Origin: Octopus bimaculoides
Taxonomy: Eukaryota
Assembly (NCBI RefSeq): GCF_001194135.2
Contig: NC_068989.1
Coordinates: forward strand, 59,791,181 to 59,849,541
Direction of reading: 5' to 3'
DNA: 58,361 nucleotides
Shown: positions 50,204-58,361 of the stretch, piece after piece
Layout of the letters: each line of letters opens with the position of its first letter
Position numbering within the stretch: position 1 is the stretch's first letter
The notes under the pieces: model-generated
Told to the model about the DNA's origin: nothing
Seen by the model: only the letters and a program-made list of their open reading frames with translations
Databases searched by the model: none
Program-made: the position numbers and the translations under genes

Positions 50204-50257
50204 CTCAAATATGCTACTCCCACAAATGACAAGTTAGCCAACAATAAGAGCATTAAG
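50204..50257 (-). CDS. candidate leader exon of the cytochrome c gene (MLLLLANLSFVGVAYL-R)
   Basis: atattttacag|cttaATG...TTGAG|gtaaac; ATG 50253-50251. The phase-2 end joins the acceptor at 48459 (G ATG CCA) in frame. Confidence 0.5.
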
Positions 50258-51529
50258 CTGTAAAATATTTGCTTCAACAATATGAAACCATTTCACTCAT
50301 CTTTATATAGAAAACTGCAAAGATGGAGAGAGAGAGAGAGAGAGAGAGATGTATACATGTGGTTCATGAAATAATTTGGCAGTTTTAAAAGTAAGGGCAG
50401 TAACTTTCATCTTAATTGAACTTGATTATACAATGTAAATTATAAGATTATTACCATCGTCATTATTTACTAAATGTCATTAGATCATACGATAAAACCA
50501 TTAGAGAAAGCACTAAAACTCTTTAACACAGTAAAAATCAACAAATGACAAAGTACTGAATCAATACATGATTAAATGAGATTCGATAATTAAAATGTTG
50601 AGGGCATCCTAGATAATATAACATACAGCCAATGTTGAATAAGGACAAAACAGATATTAGTAGAATATTACAAAACTAATGGTTTATCAATTTTCCTTAA
50701 CATCTTTATCATGCCAATACTTGTGAAAAAAGATACAGGGCAATAGTGAACTAAACTAAATAGAATAAAGTGGGTGCTGAAATACTTGATGGTGTAAGCC
50801 AGTGGTTCTCAACCAGGATCCATATAAGATTTTTGGGGGTCCATGCAACAAAATAGTAAATTGGGGATCCACAATAGTTTTTCAAGGGCCCTTGAAAACA
50901 TTTTGCATTTGATGTGTCCACCAGAAATAAAATAGCAATCAAAGGGGTCCACAGATTTAAAAAATGGTTGAGAACCCCTGGCATAAACCATGAAATTTTA
51001 ATTTTATCCAACTAGATTTATTAAAGCAAATATTGGAAATATTTATTGCTAATAAATATTTATACTTTATCAAAAATCTTTAACTACTTTTCATCTGACC
51101 ACTAGTATCTACTTTAACCCTATTTTATCTCCTATGTTTGTTAACAATTCTACGGCATTCTTACCTGATCTTTTAACTGCTATTAATAATGTCATCCAAA
51201 TTTTAATCTATAACTGTTTTTTAACTTTTCTAATCAGATATTTGTAAACAAGTGATTAATAATTAGGTGTATCATTTCATTCCATACAAAGCAAATTTCT
51301 CCAGTTGATCAGTACAGAAGGAATTGAAAATGTTTAAGAAAACAAATGCTTATGTTGTTAATGAACGAAATCTTTCTCTGAGAAATTAACATGTGTAATG
51401 AAGATCTGTTTTGTACTTCAAATACAACCTGAATAACATAAGATAACTTACGTAAGAATACACATACTTTTGGTATATGGTGTGAAATGTGTATTACTAT
51501 CCAATAAGACAAGTGGAAGAAAACTATAG

Positions 51530-52340
51530 ACAGAGTGATCACAATGAGACAACAAGACTATGGAAGAAATGATCAAGCTACATAACAATCTAGTAAGTAA
51601 CAACTACCCAAAAAACATACTATCCACTCCAGTTATGAAGAAAGGAGAGTATGAAACCAATAAACTGTCCACAGTCTGTCTACCCTAAGTGAAAGGCCTC
51701 TCCAAAAAGATACAAAAGATATGCGGCCCCTATGACATCAGGACAGTATTCAAGAGTGATACAACACTTCACAAATATCTCCTCCAAGTAAAACCACCAA
51801 TAGAAGAGAGTATGACCAAAGACTGCGTGTACTCCATCCTATGCAGCTGTGGTAGGTTATACAAAGGCGAAACAATGCCACCCACTCAAAATAAGGGTAG
51901 ACGAACATCGCAAAGCTGTGACACCAGGAGACATTGATAAATCGGGTATAGCTGATCATGTATGGAAAAATGGAGACCACCTCCTCCTGTGGGATGAAGT
52001 TAAAATAATAGAGAACACCGCTGGAAAATACGAAAACTAAAAGCAGCAGCACATGTTAGGACACAACAACCCTCCTAAGTAGACTGAGTGCAGATATGAG
52101 TAGCATATGGGAATCGGTATTAAGGAAGGATAGGAAAATATTAGATTTATAAGCCCTGAAATTCACTCCATAATTGCCCACGGGCATATGGCATAGTGGT
52201 TAAGAGCACAACCCCAAGATTCCAAGTTCAAAATTTCCCCAAGACACCTAATGAAGGCTGGAGGGTATATCAGCTGAAACGTGATAGCAACAAACAAGAT
52301 GAGGACAAATATCTGTCAAATGCAAATAATGTACATAATT
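51530..52340 (+). mobile_element. Penelope-like element 3' part (GIY-YIG endonuclease, tRNA-like segment, hammerhead relic)
   Basis: GLSKKIQKICGPYDIRTVFKS...CVYSILCSCGRLYKGET..LKIRVDEHRK...SGIADHVW. Confidence 0.85.
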
Positions 52341-54680
52341 CTTCATCTCTTAAATATAGAACTGTAAGACTATGGAAAGTTTGACCTCAGACAAAGTAAT
52401 AAGAGACTGAAATACCACTTTGCAAATCTAGCCAATAAGCTATTTCTGCTTCACATTTTAAAGAAAAGGGTTTGGTTGATTTAACCAAGATCAATACTCA
52501 AATGTAATGTGAAAGTTGAAGTTGATCCAGGTATGATTTGAACATAAAGACATGTAACTACATACTGCAAAGCATTTTAATCATACATCACACTACTAAT
52601 TCTGTTGCCCACCATCCAAATTAATGCTCTTGTAAAAATAGTGTTAAATTGAAGATCACTATTTATTTACAAAACATTGCAAGTGTCTACATAAGAATTT
52701 ATTGTTAATTTTTTTTAATTACTGTACAGATATGATGAGTATTACAAAGTAATACTGTTTTTGATGGGACCCTGGGTAAGTGTCTTCTACCTATAGCATC
52801 AGGATGACCAAAAAGTCTGTGGATCTAGTAGATGGAAACTGAAAGAAGTACAACCTATATGTGTATGTTTGGGTCTCCTTGTCTTGATATTGTATAATGT
52901 TCTAAATCAATGACATTCATTTCCAGCATTTTGTGAAAACATGCCTGGCTAAAGGGAAATATTACCTTGTATGGAAACAAGTAAGGGTTTGCAAGAGGAA
53001 GTGTATCTAGCCACAGAAAATCCGTCTCATGGAAACATGGCAAAGTGTACACTAAAACAGTGATGATGATTATTTCATTGATTATGAAACTAAAAATCAA
53101 GAGTCAACACTAAATAGCGAGAGGCGGATTAAAGTCTAATTACTGTATGATTATTAACGTTACAGTTAATTGTATTATGTGGTATTCTCAGTTCAATGGT
53201 TGGCTCTAAGGACTGGAAAAAATGGTTTAGCAACAACAAAATTAACACACAGAGAGGATAAATCGATAGTAAAAAAACAATTGAGCTATTGAACTTTAAT
53301 ATTTCAATAAAGCTACCTAATCCATTCTAATGTATGATTGTTTTACGTTAAGAGCAGCCAACAGTCAAAAAACTTACTGTTTGAATAATTAATTACAATT
53401 GCCATTCATATCATACAATAGATAAGGAAGAAAACATTAAATATAAACATTGAAGAATGTGAGGGAAGTAATTAGTTGAATGGATAAAAACAATTAGTTA
53501 TGTGTTTAGTCTAGTAACGAAGGCATGTTGTTATATAATGAATATGGTACGTACCACCCCCAACCAAGTTCACCTATCTCCTCTCCCAAATCCAAGTGAA
53601 AATCAGTTGATAGAATCTCACTTATCTGGGAGTGGCTATGGCCATATTCAAATAAAATAAATGATGATGATGATGAGTTAAGATAACAAGTCAATTAACA
53701 ACTATTTGTTGTCGTAGATAAAAAAAAAAAAAACTGTCTGTACAAATGATTATTGATAAAAGGTCACTAGGCATTGATCACAAGATATTTGTACTTTGTA
53801 CTAAATTTACTTACATTGAACAATTAACTTCTCAAGGACTCGTTTGAAAGTTAATGCTTCTTAATCATAAAGCCTAAAAATTTTAGGGGAGAAGATCTAG
53901 GAAGTCGATGTATTTAACCCTTTAGCATATGGCAATATCCAGTCAAAATATTCTACTTGTTTTAAATTCAATCCAGCAAGATCTGGCTTCTCACACCTAC
54001 CATACCATGTCATTCTAAAAATATGCAATCACATCTTTGAAATCTCAAAGTTACCAGATAATACATAATTGATTGAAAACAATGTAATAAGCATTACATT
54101 TGACAGAGTAATCTGAATGCTAAAGAGCTAAGCCTAACTCACAGGAAGTCACATGGAATAGTTTTAACTAAGAATGAAAGAGGACTCAATTCACAAGACA
54201 ATCCTCATTTTTTTTATATTGATATTCAGATTGGAGTAGGGTGGCGAGCTGGCAGAATCGTTAACACACCGGGTGAAATGCTTAGTGGTATTTCGTCTAC
54301 TGTTATGTTCTGAATTCAAATTCCACTGAGGTCGACTTAGACTTTCATCCTTTCGAGGTCGATTAAATAAGTACCAGTTATGCACTGAGGTTGATGTAAT
54401 CGACTTGATCCCTTTATCTGTCTTTGTTTGTCCCCTCTATGTCTAGCCCCCTGTAGGCAATAAAGAAATAAATATTCCAACTGGAGGAGTCTAACATTAA
54501 CTGTACTCACTATTTCATATGACATAATAAATCCTGTCCTCGTTTTTGACACTAATATCTCTTTCTCTATCTCAAACCCACTTCTGCTTTCAATATTTTG
54601 TATTTCAACTACTGTTCTTACTTTTACTTGGGTGTTAGCAACAGATTTTCAGTCATTTTAAATCAAAAACTTACTAGTAG

Positions 54681-55078
54681 GGGAAGCAGCTGTCGATCGG
54701 ACGGTCGTTTCGTCCGACTCACACCCCGACCGCGGCGGACGGAAAGGCCGACAGTTGCCACCACGTACGCGCCAGGTTGAACAGAGCAGCCGAATTCAGA
54801 CCGATGCTTAGGTGGCGGAAAGACTGTCGTGCGGCGGAGTTCCGCCGGCGAACCGCAGGCGTGATCGAAAGCGCCGTCGTCTCGGCGGCGATACCAACCG
54901 CGGGTGTGCGTGTCCGTTACACTCTCTGAGTGGTTGGTGTTAGGAAGGGCATCCAGCTATAGAAACTCTGCCAAATCAAATTGGAGCCTGGTGTTGCCAT
55001 CCGGTTTCACCAGTCCTCAATCAAATCGTCCAACCCATGCTAGCATGGACAGCGGACGTTAAACGATGATGATGATGA
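54681..55078 (+). mobile_element. chimeric insertion: GC/CpG-rich structured segment (54681-54916) joined to an RTE 3' tail ending (GAT)n
   Basis: abrupt GC/CpG rise, several hairpins, junction into tacactctctgagtggttgg of the RTE tail. Confidence 0.6.
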
Positions 55079-57779
55079 CTTCCTTATTTGTTCAAGTTCA
55101 TCAACTAAAACCAACACTCTCCAGATGCCTCAAATTAACGACAGTCTTCTATACTGTAGCATCCACAATAACATAAATGTACAAAATTTCTCTTCATTAC
55201 CAAAATGCTATTGTGAACCATCTGCACTTATATCTTCATCCACTAACACCATTCACAAATGCACAACAACTTTCCCAACACCCTTTACTTTCTCACCTCC
55301 AAGCCTAGTCTTTACACAGCCATTAAATTCTCTGGCCACTGCTTAATCTGCAGCACATCTTTCTACTGCACACCTCTTGTGAAATGAACCCTGTGGTACC
55401 TCAAGCTATCCAGTTGAACCTTTGCCAGTTCTATGCATGTATATTTAATCTCTGACCTATGAAAGATTGTTAAAACAGGTAGCCAATACCAATGTCCAAG
55501 GTATTAATTGCCATATCCCGCTCACAACCCTCCGAGTGAGTAAACAACCACTGCTTAAAATATTTAGAAAATGTAACACATTCTTCTAAACTGAAAAGTG
55601 TACCCACTGCCACTACCAAGCTCTCTCACCCACTTCTAAAGAGAATCTCTAACGCTGAGGAATCTCTCCACCAACATCACTAAATAACAATCCTGCAGAT
55701 AAAGCTACCACATTTGCTTCCAACTCCACACACAAACCTCACCGGTTCTAACAATGTTCATTACATTATCATTATCCTTGGTGTGCGCCAGAGCTTCATT
55801 ACCATCCTAATCAAATACCAATATTTTTTCTCTCTCTCATTACAGAGGTCCCTGTAAACAGAGGTACAGTGGTTTGTCTCATAACAAAAGACTGACAACC
55901 AGCTAACTTCAGCTCCATAACTTTCACATCCAGCCTACATTCCAACTCTGTATACTTCTCTACATTAATGTCCAAGTTACTGTTACTACAAACTACACAC
56001 ACCAACAAAAATGATACAGCCATCATGCCTTCTTACCATCTTGCACACAGGGATCATGTGCATGCAATCTAGATACCTCCGACTAGACATCAAAGGCCAC
56101 CACAAACTGAAACTTCAAAAACATCTTCAATGCAAAAGCAATAACTGGTTTCCTTTAACAAGATGAAAAACAATTCCAACTCTTAGAAAAACAGTCTTGC
56201 ACTATACACTTCTTAAACATGAACAATACAAAATAAAAATCTTCAAAAGTCTAGGCCCCACAAACTAATCTGTAATGTATACCAATTAGCCTAATAATGT
56301 TTAGATTCTTGACTAGAATATTTGTAGTAGTAAGTGGATCTTGAATTTTGAAGAGTAAATAAGATGATACAGGTTTGCTTATATATATATATATATTCTA
56401 TTTTACTCATTTCAGTCATTAAACTGTGACTATGCTGGGGCACTACCTTGAAGAATTTTAGTTGAACGAAGTGACCCCAGTATTTTTTTTTTAAGCCTGG
56501 CATTTATTTTATCGGTCTCTTTTGAAGAACTGTTCAGTTACAGGGGACATAAACACACCAATATCAGTTGTTAAGTGGAGGACAAACATATATATAAACA
56601 CAGAATGGGCTTTTTTCAGTTTCCATCTACGAAATCCACTCACGAGGTTATAGAAGACATTTGCTTAAGTGGGACTGAACCTGAAACCATGTGGTAGGAA
56701 AGCAAACTTCTAACTACACAGTCACGCCAAATATTTTGGTGGAGATCTGGAATAGGTCGCCACATAAGTAGGAGTTACTCCGATTTGAAGAGAACTTTTC
56801 AAATTTGTTTTTATCACCAAGCACTTCAAAAATGATAGGGGAAAGCTTTTTACGAAAAAAATTTTTTTGAAATGTTTTTTTTTTTTTTACTTCACCCACT
56901 TCCTTAAATCAGACTTTTTCCAATTTTTTTTTTTGCCCTATGTACTTGAAAACCTTTTTGTTAAAAAACAAAAAAGGGTGTTGAAATCTGTGAAAATCCA
57001 TCAGGACAGTAATCATCACCATTACAATAATTAAATGATTTTCACTTTCTTTCAGACTTTTAATTTCCCTCCAAGTTTTAGCAAATGAATTATATATATC
57101 AGTAATAATAACAATATTAAGGCGTTTATACCAGTGGGATTGTGAGTTAGGTAGGTGCGAACACTCGTAATTTTACAAAGAAAAATAAGTTAAATTATAA
57201 GGCACAAAAAGAAAATGACTATCCCCAGACACACACACACAAAAAAGTTATTTTTCTCATTGTGTGCACGTGGCGGTGGGGAAACATCCAAAATGTTGGT
57301 GAAAAAATTTTTTTTAATTCCTGTCAAAACGGAGAAAATCCAACTTGTGTGGGTGTGCTATTCCAGACCTCCATCATAATATATTATGTAATATATCATA
57401 TATATTATATAAGATATATCGAACAGTATACTACAGTTTTTTTTTTTTCAGAACAAAGTACTTCCACATTGAGCTGGTAAGTCTTCTAAACTGAAGTTCT
57501 ACTACTTGGCTGCTTAGTAACTATTCACTCGTTGACAGTTTCTTCTGTCACTTGAACCACTTACATAATGGCCTACATATAACACCCAACCAACAGTGTC
57601 TCTTCTAATCATCCCAGCTGTCTTACTCCACTTCCAAACATTGCCAAGAGTTCGAACTAAATATAACTGCATTGATATTTTAATGTCAGGAGAGGCGGAC
57701 TTCTGATGTAAGCACGTAGTAACAAAACTGACCACTGTTTTTTTTCTTTCTATTTTTTGTCTAGAAATATGAGTGACCC

Positions 57780-58230
57780 CTAGCGAGATTACAATCAAAT
57801 TGAAATTTGATTGAATGAAATTTTGATCGTGTGGATCTAGTGGAGATATGCGCTGGTCGCATGTCGATGAGGGCTCGGTACATTCATATCGTCACACGTC
57901 ACACACACGAGAGCACATTTTTTTCTTCATATTCGTTCAGAGCAAGTCATTTTACATCTATTACACTATTTTTCTTTTGTTTCTTGGCTCCGGTGAGGCG
58001 TCTCGGAACATTCACATTCTGAATGTTCCGAGTCCTCTCCCCACTCCCCACGTTCGCGAGCGCGCGTTTTTTTTTCTTCATATTCTTTCGCAGCAAGTTG
58101 TTTTACACCTATTAGAATATTTTATTTTTTTATTTCCCACCGGGTCAAACCCTTTAGTTTGACCCAAACACGTGATTCTAGTGGAGATGCTCTCTGGTCG
58201 CCATGCGCACGCGCGATTGTTTAAACGTTT
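57780..58230. repeat. CpG-rich two-unit degenerate repeat with hairpins
   Basis: ctagtggagat..ctggtcgc at about 57837 and 58178; tttcttcatattc..gcaag..ttttaca at about 57920 and 58073; hairpins 57792-57813, 58002-58032 and 58142-58165. Confidence 0.55.
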
Positions 58231-58361
58231 TCAATTTTCAGTTCGAAGTATTTAAAAAATTATTTGGAAATTATAAAGAGAAACGAATAGTATTTTAAAA
58301 CCAAGGATTTTAAAAAATAGAAAAACAGTGGAAAGGGGAAATTTTAAACTTCATTGCATAA

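Noticed and set aside
51160-51200. Donor CAG|GTAAGA with upstream ATG as an alternative first exon of cytochrome c
   Set aside because: Phase 1 gives an out-of-frame uORF when joined at 48459. It could be a UTR exon but is unsupported.
54770-54810. GAATTCAGAC resembling the RNase P RNA CR-V
   Set aside because: No complementary CR-I (GGAAGGUCUGA-like) upstream and too much sequence follows; no HDV-like or hammerhead core found either.
1-58361. CRISPR arrays, rRNA genes, intact tRNA genes, prokaryotic operons
   Set aside because: None seen. This is eukaryotic intron-rich DNA and the tRNA-like pieces are SINE or TE heads.

Overview
AT-rich animal genomic DNA with N gaps. Intron style and repeat content suggest a cephalopod, probably Octopus (inference). 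Three protein-coding genes can be assembled by hand from splice sites; the supplied ORF track shows only pieces of them. (1) + strand: the last six coding exons of CNOT9/RQCD1 (1115-8659). (2) - strand: a divergent cytochrome c paralogue (47234-48458) with intact CAQCH, His18 and Met80, four extra cysteines, and a candidate in-frame hydrophobic leader exon at 50204-50257. (3) - strand: a 4-coding-exon, 124-aa gene (30143 to 14873) encoding a classical signal peptide fused to a cytochrome c-derived domain that has lost the CXXCH haem-binding motif. The main result is this tandem pair, which looks like cytochrome c being retargeted to the secretory pathway. The rest is decayed transposons: RTE, R4/Dong-like and CRE-like LINEs, Penelope-like elements with minimal hammerhead ribozymes, mariner, Chapaev-like, MITEs and SINEs. 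There are also several inverted repeats and a GC-rich structured segment fused to a LINE tail. All gene models and TE family names come from reading the sequence by eye, without database searches. Residue numbers use horse cytochrome c numbering.
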